Of a DNA stretch of 64,000 nt, positions 1 to 16,185 are shown piece after piece. Source of the DNA: Chrysomallon squamiferum (Eukaryota > Animalia > Mollusca); the NCBI GenBank assembly GCA_012295275.1, contig CM022666.1, forward strand, positions 16,120,001 to 16,184,000. Direction: 5' to 3'. A program made the position numbers and the translations under genes. The number at the start of each line of letters is the position of its first letter. The stretch's first letter is position 1. Under the pieces are notes generated by a model. The model was not told where the DNA came from, did not search any database, and saw only the letters and a list, made by a program, of their open reading frames with translations.

Positions 1-62
1 TAAGGAAATAAATGTAAAGAGACTGGCAGAATGAAGTGTACTCAACATCCACAACAACAGCA

Positions 63-126
<64 letters not shown>

Positions 127-283
127 GTAGTAGCAGTAGCAGTAGTAGTAGTAATAATAACAATAACAGAACATGAACAACAACAAAAAGGAACAACGAA
201 TAACAGCAGCAGCAGCTACAACTGCAACACAGTTAACAGTAACAATAATAACAATACTAATATTAAAAACTATAATAACTTCC

Positions 284-357
<74 letters not shown>

Positions 358-531
358 ATAATAATAATGATGATGATGGTGGTGATAATAAAATTAATAA
401 TAATAACAACAGCAACATAAATAAATAAAGACTACTACAGCTATCATTAACAGCTAACAACAATAACGACAACAGCAACAACAGTGGTGACGTACACAGC
501 TGATTAGTTTTAAAAAGAAAAGACAACTTAC

Positions 532-617
532 AGCCATTTGACGGCAGCACATCTGTCTGCACACAACAACACAACGAGCGCAAGTCTCAGCCATGGGGAA
601 CAGTTCCAGGCCACCAT
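532..617 (-). CDS. wnt11: First coding exon (signal peptide) of a probable Wnt ligand, Wnt11-like; the gene continues left of the window
   Basis: Minus strand reads gacATGG, then MVAWNCSPWLRLALVVLLCADRCAAVKW-(CT), then a GTAAGT donor at 531 (phase 2). The hydrophobic signal peptide ends in VKWL with the intron splitting the Leu codon. As I recall, WNT11 (..GIKWL|) and WNT4 (..SNWL|) have the same exon end. Only 29 codons are visible, so the subfamily call is an inference. Confidence 0.55.
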
Positions 618-779
618 GTCGAAGTAGTAGTAGTATCCGAGTAATTTCCACAAATGTTCACGTAGCAACGACGTTGTAGTCGTCGTAGAACTTCATTTAG
701 AAACGTGCATCGACGCAGAAACCAGAGCAACAACAATAACAACACATCTACGGTTTGAAGCGAACAACGAACTTAAGTT

Positions 780-1030
780 TCCAAAGCGAAGAAGAAGAAA
801 AAGAAGCAGAGCGGAGGCGATTCGAGTCGTGCGCGTAGCAGACGTCACAGTCAGTGTCGTCTGGTTCTCTCGTGCAGTTCGTCTGTCACTGTAAAACATC
901 CGTGTGTCTCCTCCCTCGCAGGAGGCGGCATTCACGTCGACGTTGACGCTGCAAGAGATTAATAAGGTGGAGTGAACGTCAACGCTTCTCCGGTAGTTTG
1001 GAATTCTGAAAGTAGTCAAACGCAGGGTGG
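780..1030 (-). promoter_or_regulatory. CpG-rich putative promoter/5'UTR of the Wnt-like gene
   Basis: GC- and CpG-rich patch just upstream of the ATG at 617, with several ACGT/TGACG cores and a TATTAA element on the minus strand near 960. Confidence 0.35.
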
Positions 1031-1101
1031 GATGAAAAATATGAAAATTAAAAAAAATTAAATAATAATAATAATAATAAATAATAATCATAATCATAAT
1101 C

Positions 1102-1132
<31 letters not shown>

Positions 1133-2239
1133 ATTAAAAAAAAATAATAATAATAATCATGAAATAAATAAATAAAATAATAATAATAATAATAATAAAT
1201 TTAAGAAACTAATAAAAAAAAAAATCCATCACCCCCCAAAAAAAAAAAAAAAAATGGCTGTAATTTATAGACTCAATTCAGCATCAAAAACGTATTTCAT
1301 TTTTCACCTAATCAAACGAAGAAAAGAAAATAAAACCGATAATCGCAGTCTGAAAGGTGACACTGTGAGCTGACATATAAAAACTATAAATCCATTTTTG
1401 CCAAATAATTTTAGCACAACTTTATGAATCATCGTGTCTGTGTACTAATATATATGACACGAAGTTAATAGACGTAACACAGCATGCGTTAACGAAATGT
1501 CCTACAAAACATTACCGGGAATTATAAATAAAAAAAAATAAAAAAAACGTATATAATTTCAACAACTTTACCTGTACTAAAGGGCATTTATCACTGGCCT
1601 GGGCACACACATGTGTACACACACATCAGAAATATTCCTCTCTTCAAATAAACTTCAGGCTTAAGAAAACAAGGATTTTTTTTTTTTTGAATCAGTAGTC
1701 TAAGCTGTGCAGTCTTTGTTACTTACGTCTGGCGTAAGACAAATGAATTTTTACCTATCAACACACACATTCACCGCGCGTTAGCAAATCGTAGTAGTAG
1801 CTGAGCGAACGGAAACGTTGTGTGGCGTAGTCGTATTAACTAACGTGTCCTTTTCTCTCTCCGCCACCGCACCTGAGAACTGCCAGAAAACGTGATGCAG
1901 TTAAATGAAGTGGAGGACGATAGCCCGAACGGACTGCTGCAAGTGGCCAGAGGATGAACGCTTACCCCATTAAAGTGTAGTGTGAATGCAAATCTTTTCG
2001 AATGAAGCAATAAAATTGCCAAACGCTGCGCATTTAAACGCTCTCTTCTCATTTTCATTTAACTCAGGCATGCATGGTCGAGTAGGCGTGGTCTCCGTCT
2101 TGAGTGGCAGCCGAAAGTCCAACGTGGGCCGGCTTTAACTTACCTTGCTGGTGTGCACTGGTTAACCCATTGTGTGCCAGCGCAGAACGACAATAGCGTG
2201 AAGAAATCAGCTGATTTCCTTTGTGCCAGTCAGCAGATC

Positions 2240-3600
2240 AGCTCTCAAATATACCCTGTATTAGAAATAACAGATCAACGTTACAAATATACCCTGTATT
2301 AGAAACAGTCAGTAGATTAACATTACAAATATACCCTGTATTAGAAACAGTCAGTAGATTAACATTACAAATGTACCCTGTATCAGAAACAGTAGATCAA
2401 CATTACAAATATACCCAGTATTAGAAACAGCAGATCAACATTACAAATATACCCAGTATTAGAAACAGCAGATCAACATTACAAATATACCCTGTATTAG
2501 AAACAGCAGATCAGCATTACAAATATACCCAGTATTAGAAACAGCAGATCAACATTACAAATATACCCTGTATTAGAAACAGCAGATCAACATTACAAAT
2601 ATACCCTGTATTAGAAACAGTCAGCAGATCAGCACTACAAATATACCCTGTATTAGAAACAGTCAGTAGATTAACATTACAAATATACCCTGTATTAGAA
2701 ACAGCAGATGGACACTACAAATATACCCTGTATTAGAAACAGTCAGCAGATCAGCACTACAAATATACCCTATATTAGAAACAGTCAGTAGATTAACATT
2801 ACAAATATACCCTGTATTAGAAACAGCAGATCAACATTACAAATATACCCTGTATTAGAAACAGTCAGCAGATCAACATTACAAATATACCCTGTATTAG
2901 AAACAGTCAGTAGATCAACATTACAAATATACCCTGTATTAGAAACAGCAGATGGACATTACAAATATACCCTGTATTAGAAACAGCAGATCAACATTAC
3001 AAATATACCCTGTATTAGAAACAGCAGATCAACATTACAAATATACCCTGTATTAGATCAACAGTATTAGAAACAGCAGATCAACATTACAAATATACCC
3101 TGTATTAGAAACAGCAGATCAACACTACAAATATACCCTGTATTAGAAACAGCAGATGGACACTACAAATATACCCTGTATTAGAAACAGCAGATCAACA
3201 TTATAAATATACCCTGTATTGGAAACAGTAGATCAACATTACAAATATACCCTGTATTAGAAACAGTAGATCAACATTACAAATAGTAGATGGACACTAC
3301 AAATATACCCGTATTAGAAACAGTAGATCAACATTAGAAATATACCCTGTATTAGAAACAGTCAGTAGATTAACATTACAAATATACCCTGTATTAGAAA
3401 CAGTAGATCTACATTACAAATATACACTATATTATTAAAAACAGTAGATCAACATTAGAAATATACCCTGTATTATAAACAATCAGTAGATTAACATTAC
3501 ACATGTACCCTGCATTAGTAACAGTCAGTAGATAAACACTACAAATATATCCTGTATTACAAAAGTCAGTAGATTAACGTTACAAATATACCGTTTATTA
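2240..3600. repeat. Minisatellite, 38/42-bp unit ACATTACAAATATACCCTGTATTAGAAACAG(TCAG)CAGATCA, about 34 copies
   Basis: Visible tandem array. The two unit lengths differ by a TCAG insertion, and the right end is degenerate. Confidence 0.95.
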
Positions 3601-4182
3601 GTGAAAAGCCAAATTCATGTTTAGATAAATCATTTAAATATGGCTGTATTTTAAGTTATAAACACTTGTCTATTTCTTCTTATTCTTTTTTCTATTTTCG
3701 TTTTTAAATGAATTTAAAAATTAATTATTTAATTAAGCACAGTAAAAATAACGATGGAAACAAGAAAGTTATAAAAGATTAAAACAAAATTAATTGTAAG
3801 AGTTAACGGAAATCGATTGTTTTCTTACAGCGTCTGTTGGGAAGGGAGATAACTCCATTTTTTTCCAATTCTGAAGAAACTGCTGTGCATATCTGTACAA
3901 ATTATTAAACGTGTGATTGTCAGATAATTTACTAAGGCTGTGATGACTTGATTTTTAATAGAATTTATTAGCAGTATTAAGAAGTAAAATGTAATATGTG
4001 TGTTAACGTACAAAAGAAATATAAATAAAATATGAACTCGTTTTGGAGATTTCCTTATCTCCCCTTATAAAGAAAACGAAAGTTTTCGTAATTCATTGTT
4101 TCCTTTCTTCTTCTTATTATTATTCCGTAATTAATTTTTATTTGTGTACAAATACATAAATAATAATTAAAATAATCCAAAA

Positions 4183-4374
<192 letters not shown>

Positions 4375-5927
4375 ATGTTTGTGTTTGTATACGTATCGCA
4401 GTATGTATCTGTGTTGATTAATAACGCGGTATATATTTCTCTGTGTGGTACGTTATTTTATCTTCAGCGCTGTATTCAACAGTCTGATTAATAGACAGGC
4501 ACTGGACGTCTGAACGGCACTTTTCAGTTTGTTTCGGCTTCTGTCAAACTGCGGCGTGAGGGAATCTAATTCCCAGATTAAAGTCATCATTTGACATGAT
4601 GGTTTCTAATCTAGAAGTTTATGTCTGTTGCTGACCTCTGGCAGAAAGCAAACGTCACACAAACTAGTCACGAAAACCTCGACATGATCGTTGTGAGTTT
4701 TGTAGACTGAGTTTTCGTATTCAGTCTACACGTTGTGATGGTGATGATAATAAAATGATGATAATGAGTATGTCGATGATGGACTTGAAAATGATGCTAA
4801 TAATAACAACAGTAACAATAACAATAACAACAACAACAACAACAACAACAATAATAATAAGAAGAAGAAATGGAAGAAGAAAATATAAATAATGATGATG
4901 ATGATAATAATTATAATAGTAATAACTGCAAGAAGAACAATAACAATGAACTTCAATGGATTTCGTCTTTTTTCATATAAATGTTCTTAATCATGTTTTC
5001 ATTTGGTCTACAGTTTTAATTTGTCATACATTTCAATTTTCTTCTACATTTTCTCAAAAACTCTACTTCTTAACTCATTGTACATGTTTTAATTTGTTCT
5101 GGGTTTTCTGTTTTTTCTAATTGGATTTCTCTTACTTACTGAAGTTATTCAGTTTTTTTCTTTTCCTTCTAAGTGTTGGAATTTGTTATGCATTTTAATT
5201 TGTTCTCTGTTTTAAGTAGTTCAATGTGTTCTATATTTATGTTATATATTTACTCATTTTCTTTCCCTCATGTTCGTCTATTATTAATGATTTTATTTCT
5301 TCTGTGTATATTGTTTGTTTTTTTTTTTTTAGTTTTTCCTTCGTTCTCTGATTCGTCAATAAAACGACCAGCTTGGTCTAACTTGTTGTTGTTTACTTCG
5401 TGTTCTAGTTTTCTTTTGTATTTTTTTGTTTCACATTCTAGTAATGTTGTTCTACCACCAAGCTGTCGTACATGATGAATTTATACACAAACACAAACAC
5501 ACACACACACACAAAAAAAAAAAATAATAATAATAATAATAATCTTAGTTATATTATCGTTATTTTGCAAACAAATACTTAATTTATCAAATTTAAATAA
5601 TTAAAAAAATAAATAAATAAAAAATATAAAGATATAAAAATAAATCTAAAAAAAAAAAAAAATGATTTAAATAGGTTGAATTATTAAAATATTTTCTTCT
5701 TTTTTTCTTTTCTTTCATGTTTTTCTTTTCCTTTGATTTCTTTTGTCTCGGTTTTACTGGAATGTTGACTTTATATTAACCTTGACCTCTTCAGTAAACA
5801 AACGTGTTTGGTTCTATTAACCTCTGCACAGTGTATATCTAGCTACGTAATTTGTATCCGGGTCAAACGTCTTTAGTAATATAATAATAATAATAATAAT
5901 AAGAAGAAGAAGAAGAAGAAGAAGAAG

Positions 5928-5969
<42 letters not shown>

Positions 5970-7022
5970 AACAATAGTAGTAGTACTAATGATGATGATG
6001 AAAATTAATAATAAATGAAATCAAAAGGAAAAAGAATCATTATAATTGAATCAGAGCTAATAAAAATAGGCTCTAAAAATTAAAAAAAAAAAAAAAAAAA
6101 AAATAAAAATCTCTTTAATTAGTTATTCAATCAGCGGGAAAAAAAAAAAAAAAAAGAAAAAAAAACAGGGTGCATTGATTTCAGGTCTGTTTAACAAAAT
6201 GAAATCTTGATCAGCGTGTAGCCTGTCTCAGCAAAACGGCAGTGAATAATGACGACTTGTTCGCAATCCAAAAAGTGCAGAGTAATGCTCGTATGAGAAT
6301 GAATTCTCTCTAACAAACGAGGTGAAGATCTGTCTTCGAGATAAACGTGTTTGTGAAATTAACTGTTCAAAACCCAACTATGGGAAATTAGCTACCATCA
6401 CAGCTTGCAATTTACCTCGTCATCGTTAAAACAGTAATAGTAGCGTCGTATTAACAAAACACACTGTTACTGATGTTTGTTGTTGTAGTTGTTATCACAA
6501 TCGTAACCATCTTCAATATTATTATTGTTATTGAGTACTGCTTTATTATTATTATTATTATTATTGTTGTTGTTGTTGTTGTTGTTGTTGTTCCTGTTGT
6601 TGTTATCGTTGCTACAACAACAACTACTACACTACACTACTATTATTATTACTGTTTCTGCTACTACCTCTATTACCAATGATGTTTTGCTAGTACTGTC
6701 ACTTCTACTGCAACTACTAATAATGACAATATCTAAAGTTCAAGAATTGACAGTAGTATGGTTATTATATTATAGTAGTAGTAGTAGTAGTAATAGTGGT
6801 AGTGTAGTGGTGGCGGTTGTGGTAGTAGTAGTGATGGTAGTAGTAGTAGTAGTGGTGGTGGTGGTAGTGTGAGTTTAAATAGTTGTGATAATAGTGATAG
6901 TAGAAGTTGTTGAAGAAATAGTGGTAACAGTAGTTGTTCTGTTGTAATAATTGTAGTTGTGGTAGTAGTAGTAGTAGTAGTACTACTGTTTGTGTCTCAG
7001 TCTCTTGTTCCATCATTCCATG

Positions 7023-7082
<60 letters not shown>

Positions 7083-8981
7083 TCTGGTTTTCTGTCACAT
7101 TGTCCTTATTTTTTTTCAAACAATGTCCTTTTCTTACACTCCATCAACATTATTATTATTATTTTTATTATTTATTTTTTACCATCTTGACTCTCTACTT
7201 TTGTTTGTGTTTCTTATTACAGTTTTAAAAGCGGGTATAAACTGTAATTACACCAATTTGTTAAACGTGGGTGTGTCGCGGCGCAGTGATACGCCTACCA
7301 CGGGGTAATTGATCGGCAACGAAAACAGGTAGTTTGGGACTAGAATGGATTCATTGTTCGGATGTTCGCCTCGAGCTGGCTGTAAATAACATCTTCAACA
7401 AAGCCATTTTCACACCTGCAAAATGACGTAACGGTCGTAGTTATGGCCACGGACTGTTCCGCGTGCGTTTAGTTATTTTAATTGTCCCGGGAGATCGCTG
7501 TGAAGTCGGAGTGGTTACGAAATGCCAAAGTAATACCACACCTGTTTCCATTGCACTCGTTTCTTTGCGAGTCAGCCTCGTAGTATTGTATTGTAATTAC
7601 GAAATATTTAAAAAAACACACGTCTGTTTAGTTTTTTGTCAGTACTGCATGTGTCAGTGTTTTTGTCTTTTTTTTGTTGTCAAACGAAATTTATAGACTT
7701 TAAAGTCAATTGTTTATTTATTTTTGTATTTATTTTATGTTTTTAGTAAATAACGATGTTAAATTTGTTAGTGGTAATGACGTTTTGTTACTACCTGCAT
7801 TATTTATACTGCTTTTAAGTCTGTTATTAATACTGCTGCATATATTATTAAACCAACAACAACAACAACTAATACTACTACTATTACCACTACTACCACA
7901 ATTATTATTAGTAGTGGTACTCTATTACTACAACACGTACTACTAACTTTAACTATTGTTTTACTACTACCACTACTGCAATAACTACTTCTAATACCAC
8001 TACTACCATCACCTCCACCACTGCTACTACATTACAACAGATTCTTAACTTTTGTGATTATGACGTCATCAGATTTATTATTCTTTTACGTCATACATTG
8101 TTTATAATAAATGTTTGTCCGGTTACGTCATAACATACTCACTCTGGTAGATTCATTGCTCGCTGTTGCGACAATGGATCGGTTTCTTATGTTTCATAAC
8201 ATCTTAGATTTATTAGTGTTAGAATATTACAAAGATAAACAAAAAAAAAAAAAAGATGTAGATTTATTGGTGTTAGAATATTACAAAGATAAACAAAAAC
8301 AATTAGAAATCTGTAGCAGAATGTTTTTATTGTGTAAAGAAATAAAAGTTTCAAACATTTGTCATTTTTCTTACATTTTTCTTCTTCTTCTTCTTCTACT
8401 ACTACTACTACTACTACTACTACTTTTCATTCTGATCTGTTGTTTTACTCTCTTTCTCTATCTTAACATTTCTCTCTATTTATTTATTTATTTATTTACT
8501 TTTTATTTATTTATTTACTTGTTTATTTATTTATTTATTTATTATTTACTTTTACGTATTTATTTATTTTTTATTTATATATCCTTCAACAAACAAACAA
8601 ACAAACAAAGCAACCAAACAAAATAAGAATAAGCCAAACCTTTAACATGAACATTTAATTAGGACGACTGCACCCCGTTCCTCCGCCACTTGTACGAGTC
8701 CTACCCGTGACGCGCAGGTAGATATCGCATTCGCAAAACTCATTAATTGTACAGTAATGACAGCGCCTGCTCTTGTTCTCATGACCAGACTGTGGGGTTT
8801 AGATGATACGTTCATACAAGAGAAAAGATCAGAGTTGCTGTGTAGTTGTTTATCGCTAGGTAATGTCATGCAAAGCGGTCACCTATCTGTGCAGCAGGGT
8901 TAAATGCAACATTGTGAGAGAATTTAGTTTTATTCTTTGACCATTCGGCTGTGCAATTTTCACACACTCTGATGACCCTAG

Positions 8982-9012
<31 letters not shown>

Positions 9013-9068
9013 GAAAAAGAAAAAAAGAAAAAAAGAAAAAGAAACTCTTCCACGGACATTTTATGCAA

Positions 9069-9112
<44 letters not shown>

Positions 9113-9120
9113 AATACTAG

Positions 9121-9280
<160 letters not shown>

Positions 9281-10099
9281 ACTCCAAATAAAAATATATA
9301 TTAACTGCAAAGCCAAAAAAAATACATTTAAAACGAAAAGGCAATGTGTTGAATGTAATTACAAATTAAATTATTATACATTAATATATTGAAAGTATGT
9401 ACACACACAACACACACACACACACATACACACATGTATATATATATACACATATGGAAAACATTTCCAACAGCCAGTTATTACAATAACTTATTAATAT
9501 TTATCAGTATTTTTTACGTAGCTAACAGTGAAAGGTTTCCTATCTTAAAGTGATCAGAAAATAACTTGAACATCTGGTTTACCTCGGGCTATGAAATAAG
9601 TGAAAATTCACCGATTACTTCGCTGTGATCACTATCTGTAATTTCTCTGATCACTATCACTAAAACGAGAATATGTCCTGCCATCAAAAACGACAGAATT
9701 GAATAGGTGTCAAACCTCAAAAAGAAAAAAAGAAAATTGTACAGCGATGTTTCGTATCGATAATGAAACTGCTAACAGGAATTTATCTTCTTTATCTATG
9801 ACAGTGGGTATTTTATGTACGTATATATGTAAATGTATATATATAATGTATAATGTATATGTATCTGTATGTGTAGGTTTATCTATATGTATTTTCTGTG
9901 TGTGTGTATACATAAATGTATTTATATACAAATGTATGTATGTATGATGTATATGCAAATATGTGTAAGTATGCAAGTAACTAATTAAATAAAAAAAAGA
10001 AATTAACAAAATAATCCATATAATAAAATATAATATAACACCACATAATATAACTATTAAACAATTGAAAAAAACGTATATATATTTTATTTTAATTTT

Positions 10100-10143
<44 letters not shown>

Positions 10144-10638
10144 AATAATAATAAAAAGAAAAGAAAAGAAAAGAAAGAAATAAAAGAAAGAAAAAAGAAA
10201 ATATGGAATTTCAAGAGATAAATCACATTGTTTCTTCTTTTAGTTTTTTTTATTTTTTATTTTTTTTTTTTTTTTTTTCAATGCCTTCTGCTTTATCTGG
10301 CCAGTAAGACACTTTTATTGAGATTAAGAGTTTATCTGCGGTATTCACGATTTGGTATTTTGTCCACTGCAAACAGTATCGTCTGCTTGTCGTTCAAATT
10401 TGAGAGTTCAGCCGATAACCGCGAAAAAATGTTTGCGATAAATGCATCATTAAAATAAGGCGAAGCGGTCGAATGACTAAGATAGGAAAATGTCATTGTT
10501 AAGTTATGAGAGAAGGCTTTGTTTTGTTCTTGTTATTTGTGAACATGTAAATGAGTGTTATTGAAGTCAGTGTTACTTTTATATGTTAATAACTTATCTT
10601 TAGCGAAGAGGAGTTAGACGGACAATGAAGTAAGAAGA

Positions 10639-10669
<31 letters not shown>

Positions 10670-12208
10670 ACAAATAAATAAATAAATAAATAAACAGACA
10701 CAGATGAAGACAAATAAATAAATATAATGTGGTATTAATATTAGCAGTAGTAATAACTATAGTGGAAGTAGTAACAGTAATACTGGTAGTAGTAATAGTA
10801 ATAGAAATAATGGCAGAAGTAGTAATAGAAGCAATAGTTGTAATGGTAGTGGTACTACTAGTAGTAGTAGTAACAGTAGTAGTTATAGTATAAGCAGTAG
10901 TAATTTAGTAATGCTAATAATAATATTAGTGCTAGTAATAATAATACAAGTAATAGTAACATTAACAGTTTTGTAGAAGTAGTAATAGTAGTAGTAGTAG
11001 TAGTAGTAGTAATAGTAGTAGTAGTAGTAACAGTAGTAGCGGTAGAAGTAGTAATACTAGTGGTAGCAGTAGTAGCATTAGTTGTAGTAGTAATACTAAT
11101 GGTAGCGATAGTATTAGTAGTATTAGTATTGTAGTGGTACACATATTAGTAGAAATAGTACTGTAGTAGTAGTAGTAGTACTAGAAGTCGTAGTAGCTGT
11201 TGTTATAATAGTAGCTGTAGATCACGTCTGGATTTCATTTAACGCGACTGTGAAATAACAGGTATCAGAGTTTAATCTCACCTGTAATTAGATGATGAAA
11301 TACAGAAACCACTGCAGTACATTTTCCCGCCAGTCACGTAAAAGGCGATCTTTGAAATCTAGATTAAATTTTCAGTACATGAAAAAAGGTTAAAAACGGT
11401 TAAATATTTCTTTCTAGTTTGAAAATAATTTGATGTGTTCTTTTTCGATTTAGCTTCTACACTTGCGTGTAAGATTACTTAACTCCTCATAATAATAACA
11501 ACGACAACAACAACAACAACAACAACAATAATAATAATAATAATAAAAACAGTAATGAGACACACGCACACACATACACACACACTCATATATTCTGTGG
11601 GATTTTGTAGGTTTTCTTTTTTTTTTTCTTTCTTTCTTTTTTTTTTTTTTTTTTGTTTAATTTTTATTTTGTTTTGTTCTTTTTTTGTCAGATTTTTCAG
11701 TGTTTTTGAATACAACGACAAACTCACAAGTGGATATTAATGGAAAATGACACTGAAAAGCGTTTCTAAAAAGCGACTGTACAAAGTTTATTGTGTTTTA
11801 AATACCAGTAAATGATGAAATATGTACTGTGTCAAGTGAGAAACCACATAAGTTTTCCAACTGCATAAATAAAGATTTGAAAACATATTTCTCGTAACTC
11901 TTTCTCGAGAAAAATAATTACAAACTTCAAATAACTAGGTTGACTTGAAACTTCATACCCAGCAATACATTTAACTGTGATTAAAAATACACACAAATTT
12001 ATTTGACTTTCATAATAACTGTTAAACTTCGCTGTTCTGATCTGAGATTAAACTAAGATAGAGAAGTAAGTATTCTTTGTCAGTAACAGAAAACTGATTT
12101 CAGTTTATGCCTCTTTTCAACGATTAATGTTTAGCTATGATGACACATTTTTATTTTTACACAGATGAAGAATGAGTTTGTCACTTTTTTTTACCTCTGT
12201 GCATGGAA

Positions 12209-12429
<221 letters not shown>

Positions 12430-12830
12430 CGCTTGTCTATCTCTCTCTGTATGTATCTCGTTTTACATATATATATGTATCTGTACAGACACATACACAT
12501 ACAAACACCCACACACAGTGTCCACACACCCACACACATCAAATTCGTATATACGTGCATACAGACGACAAAATGATTTTTGTGCAAAGGATCAGTTTTA
12601 TTATGAATCTGTTACGACGGCCTAGGTATAGCTACGGTTAAAAGGAACATAATTAGGTCTGAACTGAGGAATGACATAGCGCAAACGAATGAAGTGTTTA
12701 TCTTTTGAATCAGACCAAACACGATACAAACTTGCAGGATGTCATCTGATAGAGGTGCTGGATCACTAACGTCAAAGTGTTGTTAACATTTGATTTATTT
12801 AATTATGTTGAACATATGCGTGCGTGTTTG

Positions 12831-12921
<91 letters not shown>

Positions 12922-13596
12922 CTAAAGAAACAAAATAAAAATACAAAAATAAATGAATAAATAAATAAATAAATAAATAAATAAGAAGATAGATTAATTA
13001 ATTAATATGTAAGTAAACGAACAAACAAACAAACAGATAAATAAACAAAGAAGCACAGTTCTATTTCCTCCATGCTACGAGGAAAATAATTACGAAACCA
13101 AATTACCTTCCACATTAAACAAAAACCACTACACTGTTCTTACATAGAATAAATAAAACACTTGAACTGCAAAAATACGTCATCGGACTCTCATATTAAC
13201 ATTCTCAAATTATTAAAATAGATATTTCACTTGCAACAAATTTAAACTGAGATTTCGGCTCAAAGAAGATGTAACAATCGAGTCTTTGTGAAGAAGTTAA
13301 GCGTTCTTTGCCTCTGTGTATCAGATATTGTAACTAAAAATAGAAACACTTACAGGAAACAAGCAACATCCGTCTGATATTCGTTCTCTAGTCTCTCTGA
13401 CGATGTATGTTTATATATACATATATATATATATATGTATATCTTTATTTCATTCTTTCATTTTCGATAATAAAAGTTCACGTCTAGGTCACTGTGTTTT
13501 CCGTGTGCAGGTCATGGAGATAATATAAGCACAACAGTTAGTGTAGTAAGAGAAAAACTAGTTCTAGTGATTCATTTGTAAAATAGACAGATACCC

Positions 13597-13702
<106 letters not shown>

Positions 13703-13977
13703 TATAATAATTATAATAAAAAGAAAACAACAAAGATAATGGGTTAAATAATGATTTAACAAGTGACGGTTTAACGACAGCAGCAACAATGATGCTGCTG
13801 CTGCTGATGATAATAATGATAATAATGGTAATAGTGGTAGTGGTAGCAATTGTAGTGTAGTAATTGTAGTTGTAGCCGTTGTAACAGTAGTAGTAGTAGC
13901 AGAAGAAGTAGTAGAAGTTGCAGTAATAATAACAAAAATATTATAAATATTTCTTTCATTAAATATTTTTTCTTCTT

Positions 13978-14040
<63 letters not shown>

Positions 14041-16138
14041 GATGGTGGTGGTAGTAGTAGAACATTTTAAAAGAAAAATTAAATATTTTAAATCTTCAGT
14101 TCTTCACTCACTGTACGAGGTACATGCTACGTGATTATTAGATCAGGTAAAAATAAGTTACTGTATTCGTCAGCTTTCGTGATCAAAATTTTAGCAACGT
14201 CATTTTCGGGTCAAACGGTTATGGCATATCACAGGCAAAGATCAGCAAAAAACATACACGCTAAATTTAAGAATCCACAGTTCATTATCTTCCTGTAATC
14301 TAAATATATAAAAAAAAAAAAATAAAAAAATTTAAAAAATAAAAAATAAAAAAAAGAAAGAAAGAAATTGATAATAATAAAAAATTTAAAACATTTAAAA
14401 TAGAATAAATTTAAAAAATAGCATGAATGAATGAATAAATGAATGAATGAATGAATGAATAAATAAATAAATAAGCAAAACAAATACAATCACGCGAGAT
14501 TTTCATTCTTTTGTTTAACTATCAAAACTGGTGATTAACTTCTTTCTTTCTTTTTTATTTTTCTTCTTCTTCTTTTTTTCTTCGTTATTTTCTTTTCTTC
14601 TCTTTTATTCTTCAGAATTTGACACGAATAAATGGCCTAAATAATATATCTACACTTTTTTATTAAATTATAGATAGCCACTAATCTTTGCTAATCGTAA
14701 AATATAAACAATACTAGGTTTATGTGGACGCAAAAAAAGAAAAAGAAAATACAAATTGTTTTTCTTTATCGTGAAGTGCTTTCTTGACTTGAAATACAAA
14801 AACCCGTCTTAGACTGAGTAAGTCATTTGTAAGACAGGTCTGTTTATTTGTAAGAACGCGATGATGCGAAAGAATATCTCTATCTAACTGTGTGTCTGTC
14901 TGTCTGTCTGTATGTATGTATGTGTATATATATATACATGTATATATTTGTATGTGTGTATGTGTGTGTATGTGTGTATGTATGTATATGTGTATGTATG
15001 TATGCATACATACATATATATAGACACATATACATATATATATATATATATACACACACATATATATAGACACACAAGCGTATATATATATATATAAATA
15101 TACATACACACATATATAAACGTGTGTGTGTTTATACATACGTATGTATGCATGTATTTATTTATCCTCAGTATGCTAAATTCTGATTTTCACTGCTAAC
15201 ACTACCAATGCATAAATACAAATTTAAGATTACTAGTACTACAGCGCTACACAAGTACTGTATTTTACATCAACTTGTATTTATTATTTGCTGCTACCAT
15301 TATTATTATTTGTCTTAGTAATATCAGTCTAACTGTTAATATCTGACCTATTATTACAACAGTTACGCACATAAAACAATAACAACAGTTACTACTATGA
15401 TAACTACTACTGTTATTGCTTTGCTACTTCTGATATAATTACTGCTACTACCACCACTACTTTTACTAGCGCTTTGCTGCTACTGTTATTACCATCACAA
15501 CGTCTTCTTCTTCTACTACTACTACTACCACTGCTATTACTAATACTAGTACTAGTACTACCGCTTTTTCAACTGAGGTTATTACAACTGCATACGTTAC
15601 CTGTAATACTACAATACGTCTGCTACTACTGTTGCCTGTCACAACGTCTTCTTCTTTACCATTACTACTACTTTTTATCCTACTGTTATTAATGACGTCT
15701 TTCTTCAACACCACAACTACGACTACTACCTGTTATTACTGCTACTCTTCTTCTACTACTACTAGCATGTCTACTAGCACTATATACTACTACCGCTTTT
15801 TTACTACTACCACTAATAATAACTAATACGCTAGATGTCACTCAAACAATAACAAAACAACAAAATAACAAAATAACAAAATAACAAAATAACAGTTTCT
15901 CGATTCCTCCAATACGTTTCTTTTCTTCTTTCGTTTTTTTCTTTCCTTTTTTCCTTCTTTTCTAAAATATTTATATATATATATATATATTTTTTTATAT
16001 TTCATTTATTTATTTTTTTTTTTTCTTTCCTTTGCTTTATGTTTTAATTTTGACATTTATATTTTGTAGTATCTTTAAAGTAGTTTCGTTATATCCTAGT
16101 AATTTATACGTGTAAAATAAATAAACTGTTAGTTGAAA

Positions 16139-16185
<47 letters not shown>

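Noticed and set aside
693-1103. 136-aa minus-strand ORF upstream of the Wnt-like exon
   Set aside because: It starts in an ATT/ATG triplet repeat, has no recognisable domain and overlaps the presumed promoter/5'UTR.
8205-8300. About 41-bp direct repeat flanking a poly-A, possibly a target-site duplication
   Set aside because: Too long for a typical TSD and there is no insert body; a simple local tandem duplication explains it.
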